Source of the DNA: Octopus sinensis
Lineage: Eukaryota
Direction of reading: 5' to 3'
Assembly (NCBI RefSeq): GCF_006345805.1
Contig: NC_043013.1
Span: forward strand, 4,774,001-4,838,000
DNA: 64,000 nucleotides
Part shown: piece by piece, positions 46,765-59,761 of the stretch
Position numbering within the stretch: the first letter of the stretch is position 1
Layout: each line of letters opens with the position of its first letter
Notes under the pieces: generated by a model
Database searches by the model: none
What the model was told of the DNA's origin: nothing
The model's input: the letters and a program-made list of their open reading frames with translations, nothing else
Position numbers and translations under genes: made by a program

Positions 46765-47607
46765 TGGGGTCCGATCAATAAATATCCAGATTTTTGCCAT
46801 AGTAACAAAGCAAAAGCATGCAGAGTAATGCTGCTTGGCACAGATTGACCTTGAACTCTGCTGTGCATGTGCACTATGTTTTAACGTTCTAGCTCACTTC
46901 CGCTGTTTACAGCAATGCTTGGAAGTAATGTTTGACCATCGCACTGACCATGACAGAGAAGGTTGAGCAGAGAGTCTGCATCAAATTTTGCCCAACGGCA
47001 AAGTTTTCATCATTCTTGACTCAATCAAGGAGATCTTGTGCAACTGAAACCCAAGTGTCTTTTTGGTCAGCTGAAAGCTGTTTTGGCACAAATCTTCGAT
47101 GATAATGGACTGAACTGAACCATGACTAATCTGCACTTCCTCTGATAACTCACAGATGGTGATTTGATGATTTCCCCTCTCAGCTGCATGCATATCTGCA
47201 ATGTTTTTTTCTGTCTTGCTAGTTGTGGGTCTCCCAGAACGTCTGTCACTAGCAATATTTTTTCGGCCATCTTGGAAATGTCTGAACCACTCGTACCCTT
47301 GTGTGTGGCTCATACACTCCTCTCCATACACTTCAGACACTCCTCTCCATACACTTTCTGCAACTTTGCGTAGGCCTCTGAACAGGTATCGCTATGACAA
47401 CTTTTTCTGTCATGGACAATGTGACAATCACATGCTACACACCTTCCTTCCAAGCACTGCTGTAAACAGGAGAAGTGAGCTAGAACGTTAAAACTTAGTG
47501 CACATGCACAGCAGAGTTCAAGGCCAATCTGTGCCAAGTGGCTTCACTCTGCGTGCTTTAGCTTCGTTACTATGGCAACAGTTCGGATACTTATTGATCA
47601 GACTCCA
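46765..47607. mobile_element. Mariner derivative made of two inverted 5' ends
   Basis: The TIR and about 190 bp of 5' region are mirrored. The + arm encodes MTEKVEQRVCIKFC; the - arm encodes VYGEECMS..EWFRHFQDGR..RSGRP. TA flanks. Confidence 0.8.
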
Positions 47608-48267
47608 TATAAGAGAACTTATAAGTGGAACAATGTTTGTTAGTCCTTTATAGCTTTTCTACAGACTTTTTTTATGACAGAAGCTTAACCTTCCCTAAAT
47701 AATCGAATATTAATTGATGGACAGGTCAGTTTGAAATTTAAAAGACCATTTCTAAGAAGATTAGATGTAAGTTACATTTAGTGCTATGAAATGGTAAAAG
47801 AATGCATGTAAAACACTGCAGTACTCTTGTGATTTTACTTTTTTTCTTTTTCATTGTTTATAGTCTCTTAATTCATTCCAACTAACTTTATTAGATATGG
47901 AAAATAAGATCTGAGGTGTGTTGCTGTGGACAGGTTAAATTTTGAAAATTTCAACATTTTATGTGAATCAGCAAATGGTTCTTATCACTGAATGCTTTTC
48001 TTACTAGTGAGTTCTTGCATGGAAATAGAATTAGAATGGGTTATCTACAGAAGCCTAACAGAGTAGATTTAAGGTTCAAACACATGATCATGGCATTAAA
48101 CCCCACAATAATATTTAGTAATAGTTAAGAAAACATCATATTGCACAATTCATTTAGATGTCATTTTCATATTAAATATTGCACTACACTTCACAGTAGA
48201 AGCCACTTTATCTCCAAATAGAATTTGATTAAAATAATCCATACATTGTCTGCATTTATTGAATTAC

Positions 48268-48477
48268 TCTTTTACTCTCTTTTACTTGTTTCAGTCATTT
48301 GACTGCAGCCATGCTGGAGCACCGCCTTTAGTCGAGCAAATCGACCCCGGGACTTATTCTTTGTAAGACCAGTACTTATTCTATTGGCCTCTTTTGCCGA
48401 ACCGCTAAGTGACGGGGACGTAAACACACCAGCATCGGTTGTCAAGCAATGCTAGGGGGACAAACACAGACACACAA

Positions 48478-48510
<33 letters not shown>

Positions 48511-48682
48511 CGTATATACGACAGGCTTCTTTCAGTTTCCGTCTACCAAATCCACTCACAAGGCATTGGTCGGCCCGGGGCCATAGCAGAAGACACTTGC
48601 CCAAGATGCCACGCAGTGGGACTGAACCCAGAACCATGTGGTTGGTTAGCAAGCTACTTACCACACAGCCACTCCTGCGCCT
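48268..48682 (-). mobile_element. SINE A
   Basis: Full reverse-complement match. Confidence 0.85.
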
Positions 48683-48805
48683 GAATGTTTATTTTCCATA
48701 ATTTAATTACTCTGTGTGTGTGTGTGTAATATTCATATTCCTGGGAGTTACCAGTTCATATTTTGTTGGACTCATTTTTATGGATTTTCTCTTCATCTTT
48801 TTCAG

Positions 48806-48979
48806 AGTGTTACTGTGAACATCTTTGATGGAGCTTTGTGGTGTAGAATTATGATTACTGAGTACAATTCTAGCAGAAATATGTATCAGTTGAATATATC
48901 GTTTTTAGTTTATTATCCAACATTACCAATAATCATAGTGAAATACCTTAAAGATCCCCTCCTTGGCGTTGTGATGGAG
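48806..48979 (+). CDS. CENPN: CENP-N-like exon 5 (SVTVNIFDGALWCRIM...FLVYYPTLPIII...VVME)
   Basis: tttttcag|AGT acceptor, GAG|gtaaga donor, 174 nt, phase 0-0; matches vertebrate VTVSF..NAVWIRI..YVVYYSQTPYAF. Confidence 0.9.
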
Positions 48980-49172
48980 GTAAGAGAGATTTCCTTATAT
49001 ATTGACTGTTAATGACCTCCATGTAATCTTTTCTTTTTTTTATGAAATTTTAAGAATTTGCAAGTTCAGGTGGTTATTCATCAGATCTCTTGTGACTCTA
49101 ATATAAACTTTTAGATTTCAAAATTACTACAAAATTACCATTAGTTTTTCATTTCCCGTCTTATCAAGTTAA

Positions 49173-49804
49173 CCCTTTTGTTACCAACCCGGCTGAAACC
49201 GGCTCTGACTCTGTAGTACAAATGTTTTGTTTTCATAGGCTTTAAATTAAAATCATCCACCAAACCTTAGTCACAATTTATGTTCCTAATACAAGCTGAA
49301 TGGTAACTAAGTTATTTTACTAAATCTTTTGTTATATACTCTTTACTCTCTTTACTCTTTTACTTGTTTCAGTCATTTTGACTGCGGCCATGCTGGAGCA
49401 CTGCCTTTAATCGAGTAAATCGACCCAGGACTTATTCTTTGTAAGCCTAGTACTTATTCTATCGGTCTCTTTTGCCGAACCGCTAAGTAACAGGGACATA
49501 AACACACCAGCATCGGTTGTCAAGCAATGCTAGGGGTACAAACACAGACACAAACACACACACACGCATATATATATATACATATATACGACGGGCTTCT
49601 TTCAGTTTCCGTCTACCAAATCCACTCAAAAGGCTTTGGTTGGCCTGAGGCTATAGTGGAAGACACTTGCCCTAGGTGCCACGCAGTGGGACTGAATCTG
49701 GAACCATGTGGTTGGTAAACAAGCTACTTACCACACAGCCACTCCTGCGCCTAATAGTTAAAAGAAACACAGTGCATCTTAAAATAAATACAGTAACGAA
49801 AGGG
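49173..49804. mobile_element. TTAA-flanked CCC..GGG MITE split by a SINE A (about 49340-49752, - strand)
   Basis: Both halves match the intact copy at 57317-57538. Confidence 0.8.
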
Positions 49805-50081
49805 TTAAATAAATCTACGGCTATGCATCAGAATTATAGACATTTTTGCATTACCTTCTTTCAAAATCATTCACTCTTCAGCTTTCTCAATTGACTTAAT
49901 TTTGATTGTTGTTGTATTACTACAGCACGCATTCTTTTGTGACTAAACATTCTCTCAAGATTGGTTTTCCTTTTTGAAAGAAAATTTTCACGTTCTTCTT
50001 ACTTTTCATTGATGTTGAGTTTAATATTGCCAGACCAGCTTCAACTGCTGAGACAGATTTGAAATATATAAATCATCATCA

Positions 50082-50380
50082 TCATCATCGTTTAACATCC
50101 GTTCTCCATGCTAGCATGGGTTGGACGGTTCGACCAGGAATCTGGGAAGCCAGGAGGCTGCACCAGGCTCCAGTCTGATCTGGCAGTGTTTCTACAGCTG
50201 GATGCCCTTCCTAACACCAACCACTCCGTGAGTGTAGTGGGTGCTTTTTACGCGCCACCGGCACAGGGGCCAGACAAGGCTGGCAACGGCTACGATTCGG
50301 ATGATGCTTTTTACGTGCCACCGGCACGGAAGCCAGTCTGGGCGGCGCTGGCATCGGCCACATTCAGATGGTGCTTTTTA
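50082..50380 (-). mobile_element. RTE-X 3'UTR copy
   Basis: (CAT)n tail plus body. Confidence 0.8.
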
Positions 50381-51019
50381 TCTTATAATTAATGGCTTCT
50401 TGGCTTTTAACTCTTGCTTGATGGGGGCTGGGGTCATACTGAGTTAGTGGTCCAAGGTATCATCTTGCATAGAGCCAACCAGGTCGAATCTCAAGACACT
50501 AAGCCTTACAAAGGAGATAAGGGACCAAAATATCTGGCACCTTGCTGTACACTAGAAGACCTGCCCATCACAGCAGAATTGATATTCTAAACCACCTTAA
50601 TGCTTGTCTGTGAGGGACTCTGCCCCATGCCCACCTACACTCTCTCTGCTTTGTCAACCACTTCCCCCACCTTTCATCCCCTAACACCCATCACCTGAGA
50701 GCAGAATAGGTGTATACTACATCCCCTTGCTTTCCCAGTTACCTTCTCTACCCTGAACCACTTCAATTTCCTATTATTTTCCCCCACCTGTTGTCTCCAC
50801 CAATCCACTCCTTCCTGGGCCTTCTCTTCCCAGTGTTGTTCTCCATCAACACCTCACTTATCAGCTATCACCATCAATGCCCTCACATATTTATTGCAGC
50901 CCCCACACTCAAGCCATTCCTGTATTTCACTTTATCATTTGCCTCAGTCATCTGTATCCTTCCGCAACTGCCCCAGGGAGAAAAATTCAAACAATTATGG
51001 AGAATATTCTGCCTGAAAT

Positions 51020-52533
51020 CGATCAACATCAATGGAAATTGTAGCTGTGATACAAGTGCCAGTGACACGTAAGAGAACCATCCGAACGTGGCCGTTGCCA
51101 GTGCCGCCCCGACTGGCCTCCGTGCCGGTGGCACGTAAAAAGCACCATCCGATTGTGGCCGTTTGCCAGCCTCGTCTGGCACGTAAAAAGCACCCACTAC
51201 ACTCATGGAGTGGTTGGCGTTAGGAAGGGCATCCAGCTGTAGAAACACTGCCAGATCAGACTGGGCCTAGCGCAGCCTACTGGCTCCCCAGACCCCAGTT
51301 GAACCGTCCAACCCATGCTAGCATGGAAAACGGACATTAAACGATGATGATGATAATTGTAGAAAAGAAGCAAAACAAGATTTGAACAACCAGCACAAGA
51401 ACTACATGAGACAGTTCCATTGCAGACAGCCAGTATGGGTATGGCAATTTCGAAAGGAATATTTAGTGTGATCACCTGGTATAGTTAAAAAGCAATTTAG
51501 AAAAGTTATTTATGAAATTTAAGTGGATAAGCAAATCTGGAGAAGACATAATAATCAACTGTGGAAAAGAGAAATAACTTCCAGCGCCGCCCCGACTGGC
51601 TCCTGTGCCGGTGGCACATAAAAAGACCATCCGAACGTTGCCAGCGCCGCCTTGGCTGGCACGTTAAAAGCTTCAACCGATCGTGACCGATGCCGGACCC
51701 CCCCTGGCACCTGTGCAGGTGGCACGTAAAAGCACCCACTACACTCGCGGAGTGGTTAGCGTTAGGAAGGGCATCCAGCCGTAGAAACTCTGCCAGATCG
51801 GACTGGAGCCTGGAGCAGCCCCTGGCTTCCCAGACCCCGGTCGAACCGTCCAACCCGTGCTAGCCCGGAAAACGGACGTTAAACGATGATGATGAATAGA
51901 AATCAAAGAAGCAAGATATACCTGCACATTCTGCTGGAAGAATTCAATGGATCTTTATCACAGGAACATGCTCAAAAGAATGATTTTCAATGTCAAGCTC
52001 AATGAAGTTCTACTTGAATTCACCAAAAGCCAAAAAGGGGTCATTTTAGATTCACACAAAAAGTCCTATGACAGAGGAATTTAATGTTTTTTTGTTGAAA
52101 GGGAAGGTGTTGGGGGATAAGATGACCAATAGTTATTTTGCAACAATCAAAATCAAATCATATATCAGAAAGCAGTGGTTAAGTGAACCATCCGTTCGTG
52201 TCCGTTGCCAGCCTCGCCTGGCCCCCGTGCCGGTGACACGTAAAAGCACCATTTGCTCGTGGCCGTTTGCCAGCTCTGTCTGGCCCCGTGTCGGTGGCAC
52301 ATAAAAGCACCATCCGTTCGTGGCCGTTTGCCAGCTCTGTCTGGCACCTGTGCGGGTGGCACGTAAAAAGCACCCACTACACTCACGGAGTGGTTGGCGT
52401 TAGGAAGGCCATCCAGCCGTAGAAACACTGCCAGATCTGACTGGGCCTGATGAACCCTTCCGGCTTCACAGACCCCAGTTGAACCGTCCAACCCATGCTA
52501 GCATGGAAAGCGGACGCTAAATGATGATGATGT
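51020..52533 (+). mobile_element. Three direct RTE-X 3'UTR copies (51020-51355, 51580-51895, 52180-52533)
   Basis: Each ends ...ggacg(t/c)taaa(c)gatgatgatg. Confidence 0.8.
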
Positions 52534-52679
52534 AAACATGGCATTCAACCTGTTGTATTCCTGCAAGTCAGTCTTTTTTCCAGGTGTGCATTCTCACCTG
52601 GGATTTTTGTCTGGTGGACAGCTTTGTTTTGCTGGTTATTATAACTCTTATGCAAGTAAAACAAGTTTCGGATCTTTTT

Positions 52680-52870
52680 GCTTTGACCGGCAGATTTTTA
52701 AAATAATTTCTTTGTAACTAAACACTTTTAAACTTCGTATACTGGTAGAATGTGTTTATAAAACATCTTTTTCTCTTGGCTTTCTTGAGAAAATTCTGTA
52801 GTTTGTAAGCTATTTCTTGTTTATTTTCTTGCATTTCTGCAATTTCAACAAATCAATGATGTCTATTGAG
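52680..52870. mobile_element. Partial inverted copy of the 4694/34925 MITE family
   Basis: One degenerate TIR plus ttcgtatactggtagaatgtgtttataaaacatctttttctcttggcttt. Confidence 0.7.
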
Positions 52871-53243
52871 GTGATTTCAATATCTCCGGAGCGTTGTCAA
52901 CAACAATAATTTCCGGTGTCATGAAATTGTCCCTTTTACTTAGCCATGCTAATATGGAAAGTGGACGTTAAATGATGATGATGATGATGATGAAGGTGAT
53001 AAATGGTTTGTTCTACCATTTGTGATTAAGGAGTAATATAAAATATAGTTTATAAACGGGAAGAAAACTATTTTGATGAATTTGCTGAGGCTGAGCTTCT
53101 ATTTTGCAGGAGTGTGAATGGAATTTTATATTTTTTACAGATACATGTCTTTTTTATGTTAGTTTTAAATAATAAAAATATATCATGTTATATGTTTATA
53201 TTTATCACTCATATATTATAACTACTTTCATTCTATTTTCCAG

Positions 53244-53345
53244 GAAATTTTGGATTTTATGGGATTTTCTGATTACAAAAGAATGCAGTTAAGTGGCAAG
53301 GATGTCAGTTCATTGGCTACAATGGCTTTGAATAACTTTTCTAAG
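53244..53345 (+). CDS. CENPN: CENP-N-like exon 6 (EILDFMGFSDYKRMQLSGKDVSSLATMALNNFSK)
   Basis: ttttccag|GAA acceptor, AAG|gtaatt donor, 102 nt, phase 0-0; M.L.G..V.SL pattern. Confidence 0.85.
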
Positions 53346-53509
53346 GTAATTTTTCATGATGTAGAATATCATAATTTTACATAAATGATTTTATTATTTC
53401 AGTGAGAGTAGTGAGATGACAGAATTGTTAGAACATTTTCACTTTTTACATTCTAAGTACTTATTGAATTGAAGCAGAGCTTTCAGTAGGGGCTGCTTGC
53501 AGCCTATGT

Positions 53510-54200
53510 CAATCTCTGCAAGGCATTTGAATTAGTGGACAGGGATATCCTATGGAGCATACTGAAGTTGTGAGGTATACCTCCTTAACTGAATGGGCTG
53601 ATGACCTTATACATCGGAACAGTAAGTGCAGTTTGAATTGAGGGTTCAACATCTGACAGTTTGACCTCCAGTTAGATCTGTTGTCTGTCAGAGTTGCGTT
53701 TTGGCTCTCACTCTGTTCAACCCACATGGATTGAATACTTAGCAGAAAGGTGACTTGATCCAAGTTGTGGTGCATTAATTGGTAAAACTGGGATTACAAG
53801 CCTAGAATTTGCTGGTGATGCAGTTGTTCTTGCTGAACCTCTGGATATCTTAAGGAGCACTCTCCTTTCACTGAGTGAGGAAGTAGAACCATTTGGCCTT
53901 AGAGTCTCTTGGTGAAGACAAAGATCCAGTCCTTCATTGGCTTCTTGGAGGAATCCATCTCGTCTGTCTCTGTTGAGATTTATAGTGGCATTAGTTGCAA
54001 ATTTAAAAAGACTTGGATGACCTGATGCAGTTGCGAACTCATTGGGCAAGGCTGTATGACGCTGCCGATATCTGTGCAGGAGGACAAAGAGGTTCAGGTC
54101 TTTAAGCTTTTGGTCCTCCCTGAAGACTTGGACATGATCTGGGGCCCTTAGGAAATGTCTGCACTGCTTTGATACTAGGAGTCTTCTCATGGTTATAGGT
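53510..54200 (-). mobile_element. Degraded RTE-like RT fragment
   Basis: Fragmentary RTE-type C-terminal motifs across several frames. Confidence 0.5.
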
Positions 54201-54383
54201 TACCATTAGCCAGATTTTGTATCCAACCAATCACTCTCACTCAGAAACTTTACCCTGATCTTTATCTCTGTCTTCTCACCATCTACACTGGATATCTCTC
54301 TTTCCTCCCACCACCACTACTTGATGTCTCTTCTCCCCACTGCTCCTCCTCACTGGGCTGTTCCCTATATACTACCTGCACTC

Positions 54384-54417
<34 letters not shown>

Positions 54418-54494
54418 GACATATGCAACTAACTCAGTTGCCCTTTGTTACACACATTTATACATTTTTTTGTATGTAATCTATTTTTTCATAA

Positions 54495-54660
54495 TATCAT
54501 CATTATCATCATCATCATTTAGCGTCCGTTTTCCATGCTAGCATGGGTTGGACGGTTCAACTGGGGTCTGTGAAGCTGGAAGGCTTCATCAGGCCCAGTC
54601 AGATCTGGCAGTGTTTCTATGGCTAAATGCCCTTCCTAACGCCAACCACTCCGTGAGTGT
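54495..54660 (-). mobile_element. RTE-X 3'UTR copy
   Basis: (CAT)n tail plus body. Confidence 0.8.
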
Positions 54661-55059
54661 ACTTAGATATACATCTCTCACCTATTCTAAATATTACTAC
54701 TTCTATTATTATTATCATAATTAATTATTACCAATCTATTTGATATTTTTAATTTTTATTTTTTTTACTGTTGATATACGTAAACATTCTTTTATATTTT
54801 TCCATGACTATTTTTTGCCCTTATATATCTTTTTTATTTTTATTTCCTTTATTATCTTTTCCCCCTTCCCTCTTTTTTTTAATCTTTCTTATACGTAATC
54901 TATTCCATTTATATAATATGTATTTATTTTTTAGAAAATACTTCCTCCCTTGACTATCCCATTTAAAACAAAATTTTTTTGTGTCTCACAAATCTACCTC
55001 TATTAACCAAAATCTTACAGATTGTATATGTTTATATGTACAGCGAAATAGAATTGAAC

Positions 55060-56135
55060 CAGCCAGGATCCCTGGTCTGGTGGTACGTAAAAAGCACTAT
55101 CCGACTCGTGGCCGATGCCAGCGCCGTCTCGACTGGCTTCCGTGCCGGTGGCACATAAAATACGCCAATCCGACCATGGCTGTTGCCAGCCTTGCCCGGC
55201 AAGCACCCACTACACTCACGGAGTGGTTGGCGTTAGGAAGGGCATCCAGCTGTAGAAACATTGCCAGATAAGACTGGAGCCTGGTGCAGCCTTCTGGCTT
55301 CCCAGATCCCCGGTCGAACCGTCCAACCCATGCTAACATGGAAAACGGACATTAAACAATGATGATGAATTGTTTTGGTGTTGGAGAAGACTTTGGCAGA
55401 CTCCATGCACAGTGAGGCTCACCAATGGAGAAGTTCTTAAGCAGATAAGGCCGAAAATGTTGCTAGAAGCTGGGATCACCAAGCGCAGAATGGCATATTT
55501 CGGTCATATTATGCGGAGAGAATCCCTGGAGAAGGACATCATGCTCAGAATGGTCAGTGGCAAGAGAGGAAGAGGCCGACCAAGAACCCACTGGCTTGAC
55601 ACCATCAGGAGTGATACCGGAATGGACATGGCCAATCTGAAGGAAGACCTGACAGGAGGACACTGATCCAAAGACTGACCGGGAGTCGACTTCGACTGAG
55701 CGGTTAGAGAGAGAGAGAGAGAGAGAGAGAGTCTGTATGATTTAATTAAGTTCATTTAAGGTGTTGCTTCAGTACAATTGTCATCAAAAGTTTTAAGGAA
55801 CCTAGTTTGTTGCCTACTGTAATTCACTACACATCCTACACTATCCGAATCATGGCCGAAGCCAGTGCCGCCTCGACTGGCTTCCATGCCGGTGGCACGT
55901 AAAATGCACCAATCCGACCGTGGCCATTGCCAGCCTCGCCTGCCACCTGTGCAGGTGGCACATAAAAAGCACCCACTACACTCACGGAGTGGTTGGCGTT
56001 AGGAAGGGCATCCAGCTGTAGAAACATTGCCAGATAAGACTGGAGCCTGGTGCAGCCTTCTGGCTTCCCAGATCCCCAGTCGAACCGTCCAACCCATGCT
56101 AGCATGGAGAACGGACGTTAAACGATGATGATGAT
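55060..56135 (+). mobile_element. Two RTE-X 3'UTR copies (55060-55368, 55835-56135) around an RTE (BovB-like) 3' fragment (55370-55710)
   Basis: The middle ORF reads YFGHIMRRESLEKDIMLRMVSGKRGRGRPRTHWLD. Confidence 0.8.
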
Positions 56136-56554
56136 CCTATCCCTTCATATTCTATCAACCAGTAACGCATTTTCACATTTTGTAAAATTTTAGATCACTA
56201 ATGCAACATCATGATAAGATTGTGTGTCTCTTGGTCCAGATAACATAAAAAGTATTTGGGCAGAAAAATAGTAGAAACACAAGTAACCACATTAGAGGAA
56301 TAACTATTGCACCTTGACTGCATCCGCCTTAGTTGTACCAGCCACAAGTACTTGGAATCTTACAGAACAGTGTGTAGAATGTAACCTGTCCAAACTGCTA
56401 TACTATAAGACCAGATATGATTTCTGGAACATGTATGTTTGGCTTCTAGTAATTCAGCTCACACGGTATATTACATAGGTTCCATCCTATGGAACCTATA
56501 TAATAGGTGGAACCTACACTCGCCTCCTTATGAGAGCTCAAAATCTCTCGTGAA

Positions 56555-56865
56555 GCGTCATCCAACCAAAATGCAAATATATGGGAAATTACCACCTGTG
56601 TCATCTGTTGTGAAAGGTAGGAGAGTCCAGTTTGCTGGATATTGTTGTAGAGCTGGAAACGAGGTAATTTCTACTCTTCTCCTCTGGAAGCCATCTACTC
56701 GCAATACCAGAGGGCGCACACTCTCCTACCCTGATGTAATCTCCAGGGATACAGGCATCCAGCAACAGGACCTCCGTAATGCTATGATGGACCGTGAAAT
56801 CTGGTGTAGCATGGTAAATTCCATTGTCTCGACTACGGTCGAACAATGATGATGATGATGATGAT
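56555..56865 (+). mobile_element. RTE-type LINE 3' end with (GAT)n tail
   Basis: LPPVSSVVKGRRVQFAGYC..AMMDREIW* followed by tgatgatgatg. Confidence 0.8.
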
Positions 56866-57125
56866 ATTACATAGATCAGGAGCTGGTGTTATTACAGTAT
56901 TACGAGTGTGCTTGCAATTGGGGCATATGGAAGGCTGTTGTTATCATTTTTTCCTCTCTTTCTGTTTCATTTTTTTTCTTTCTTTCTTTCCTTACTCAGT
57001 GTGGGAAAAAAATTAAAAAGGAAAATTGTTAGACTGAAAATGAGTGGTCCACATTCAAAACATTATTATACATTATTCACATGTTTGAATTGTTTCATAT
57101 GACCATGTATTTATATATTTTTCAG

Positions 57126-57168
57126 ACAAAATCATCTGTACTTTTGAAGCACCGCAAAAAAAGAAAAG
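57126..57168 (+). CDS. CENPN: CENP-N-like exon 7 (TKSSVLLKHRKKRK)
   Basis: tttttcag|ACA acceptor, AG|gtttgt donor, 43 nt, phase 0 to 1; basic NLS-like KHRKKRK. Confidence 0.7.
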
Positions 57169-57316
57169 GTTTGTTTTATAGTTGCTTTCAGTATTTTAAC
57201 ATCTGTCTTTAATTTGAAGTATATGTATCATGGTATTCTGAAGAAATTCACAAAAAAAACCTTAAAAGATATATGACTTTTTTTTTTTGGTTTTGGTTTT
57301 CATATTACACATTTAA

Positions 57317-57538
57317 CCCTTTCAATACCAACCCGGCTGAAACCTGCTCTGGCTCGGTAGTACAAATGTCTTGTTTTCATAGGTTTAAAATTAAAAACTT
57401 CCATCAAACCTTTGTCACAATTTATGTTCCTAACACTAGCTTAATGATGACTAAGTTATTTTACTAAATTCTTTGTTATATTTCAAATTAATTGAAAGAA
57501 ACACAGAGCATCTCAAAATAAATACGGTAATGAAAGGG
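57317..57538. mobile_element. piggyBac-type MITE (TTAA|CCCTTTC...GAAAGGG|TTAA)
   Basis: TTAA on both sides and short TIRs. Confidence 0.85.
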
Positions 57539-57641
57539 TTAATGTAAATGTATTGCTCACAATTTCTAACAACATTCAGCTTAGATTGGTCATATATACC
57601 ATCATCATCATCATGCTAATAATTTTGTTCTTTTATTCAAG

Positions 57642-57700
57642 CTGTTCCTACGTGCCTTATCTACAATAAACCAGTTATTTTGAATGAGGACTTGCCTCAT
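57642..57700 (+). CDS. Candidate CENP-N exon 8a (AVPTCLIYNKPVILNEDLPH)
   Basis: ttgttcttttattcaag|CT acceptor, CAT|gtagga weak donor, 59 nt, phase 1 to 0, open frame. Confidence 0.35.
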
Positions 57701-58271
57701 GTAGGAACCACAAAAATTTTTAAACTGTAGCACATTTTTTTTATCAGGAGTAATGAATTAATGCTTCTACTTATAAAAACTGGTTTTTGAATCAATATAT
57801 ATTGTCCCAGTTTAGGTTCATTTCATTCGTTCCTGCTATCACTGTACTATGAACTGTCAAACAGTTATCATGTGGAGGGTAGGATCCTGTTGAACCACCC
57901 ATCCTATGCCAGCATGGAAAGCAAATGTAAAGTGATGATATCTACATACACACACAAACACGCACAGGGACTCCTACAACTAGTTATTTTGAATATTCTT
58001 TCAGCCTACATTTTCAGCATGGATACTTTATTGCTACCACATTTATTTTTTGTCTGACCTTCTAGCATTTAAGCTGACTGTATCCAGCCTTAATATTCTA
58101 CTAGTTTTATATTTAAATTGGCCAGATCCAGCCTCTCACACCTACCCTGCAATGTCATTCTAAAAATAAGCAATCACATCTTTGAAATCTCAAAGCTACA
58201 AGATAATAAATACAGAATTAACTTTAAAAAATGTGAACAAACAAGCATTACATTTGACAAGATAATCTGAC

Positions 58272-58406
58272 GGCGCAGGAGTGGCTGTGTGGTAAGTAGC
58301 TTTCTAACCAACCACATGGTTCCGGGTTCAGTCCCACTGCATGGAATCTTGGGCAAGTGTCTTCTGCTATAGCCCCGGAAACTGAAAGAAGCCTGTCGTA
58401 TATATG

Positions 58407-58437
<31 letters not shown>

Positions 58438-58640
58438 ATGTGTTTCTGTCTTTGTTACCCTAGCATTGTTTGACAACCGATGCTGGTGTGTTTACGTCAC
58501 CGTCACTTAGCGGTTCAGCAAAAAGAGACCGATAGAATAAGTACTGGGCTTACAAAAAATAAGTCCCGGGGTCAATTTGCTTGACTAAAGGCGGTGCTCC
58601 AGCATGGCCGCAGTCAAATGACTGAAACAAGTAAAAAAGA
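58272..58640 (+). mobile_element. SINE A
   Basis: Family match with a small internal deletion. Confidence 0.85.
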
Positions 58641-58793
58641 AAGAGATGCCAAATGGTTAATTTATTCTGTTGCATATTCTGATTGCTTATTCCTTTTACC
58701 CACTTCTTTGCTAAGAATATACCTGTTGCTTGTATTTTATCCATTATCCAACCAAAATAATTGCTCTTGTATTCCTTGGGTCTCCACCCCAAA

Positions 58794-59225
58794 TCTCTCT
58801 ATATATAAACGGCAGTTTGTCTGTCTGTGAGTCTGTCAGGTTGTACCCTCACCCTGACCACGGCTTTCAACCGATTCTGATGAAATTTGACACACACATA
58901 GCCCAATGTCATAATTCAAAACTAACACAGCGAAAATTTTGAAAAGTTGCCCCAGGTCTAAAAAAAAACGATAAATTCGACATGGGGTCGAGAATCTAAG
59001 CTTTTTATATGCAACACATTTTCTGTCTAGGGGACACAACTCGACCTTTTTATCGCCCAAAGGGACAGCTAGGAATATTGTATACACAGAAGTATTTGAG
59101 TGAAGAGAAGACATTGCAACCTACACATGCGCCTTCGTTCCCTAGAGGGAAAGGACTAGATTGGGATTAGTCGTTGCCTACTAGGGGCTCTTACATACCC
59201 GGGCAACGCTGGGCTATGCTGCTAG
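58794..59225 (+). mobile_element. Non-autonomous Helitron
   Basis: A|TC 5' start, subterminal hairpin cccgggcaacgctggg and CTAG|T 3' end; no TSD. Confidence 0.8.
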
Positions 59226-59705
59226 TATTCTATACAATACACATTGACTTTCACTTGAGCCTCTCAACTTACTTTCCATAGTATTGAGGCTGATAGAGAC
59301 AGTTTTTAGGTCATAGTACTAATATTAAATATCTGTATGAATTTTTGAAAATATTTAAATGTAATTTCTATTTAACTGTTTTTGGAAAGCATCCAAAAAG
59401 AAACATTTTGTTACCTTATTTGTGAAATTGGGATGAATATTTTAGAAAATATGAGAACTTGAATGGTCAGTGAATTTGTTGAAATTTTGCCTTAATGACC
59501 TAAACGAATAAGTAGTCGTATTTGTGATAATTGAAGTGATAATCATGTTCAAATTACACAAATTAATCGTGATCGTGGTATAGCAGTTGCCTATTTGTTT
59601 TCAGGTTCTTGAGAGGAAAACTTCTTTTTTTTGGCATTCTTTTAATATTTATGTGAAGCCTATTTTGTTACATGTAACAAACAGCCAATTTTGCTGTGTT
59701 TTCAG

Positions 59706-59761
59706 GTCTAGCTAAATCCAAAAGTTCTAGCCAAAGGGACTTCAGTCTTGGCACATTTGTA
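59706..59761 (+). CDS. Candidate CENP-N exon 8b (GLAKSKSSSQRDFSLGTFV)
   Basis: tgttttcag|GT acceptor; GTA|gtaggt donor gives phase 1 to 0 (an alternative donor at 59765 would give phase 1). Confidence 0.5.
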
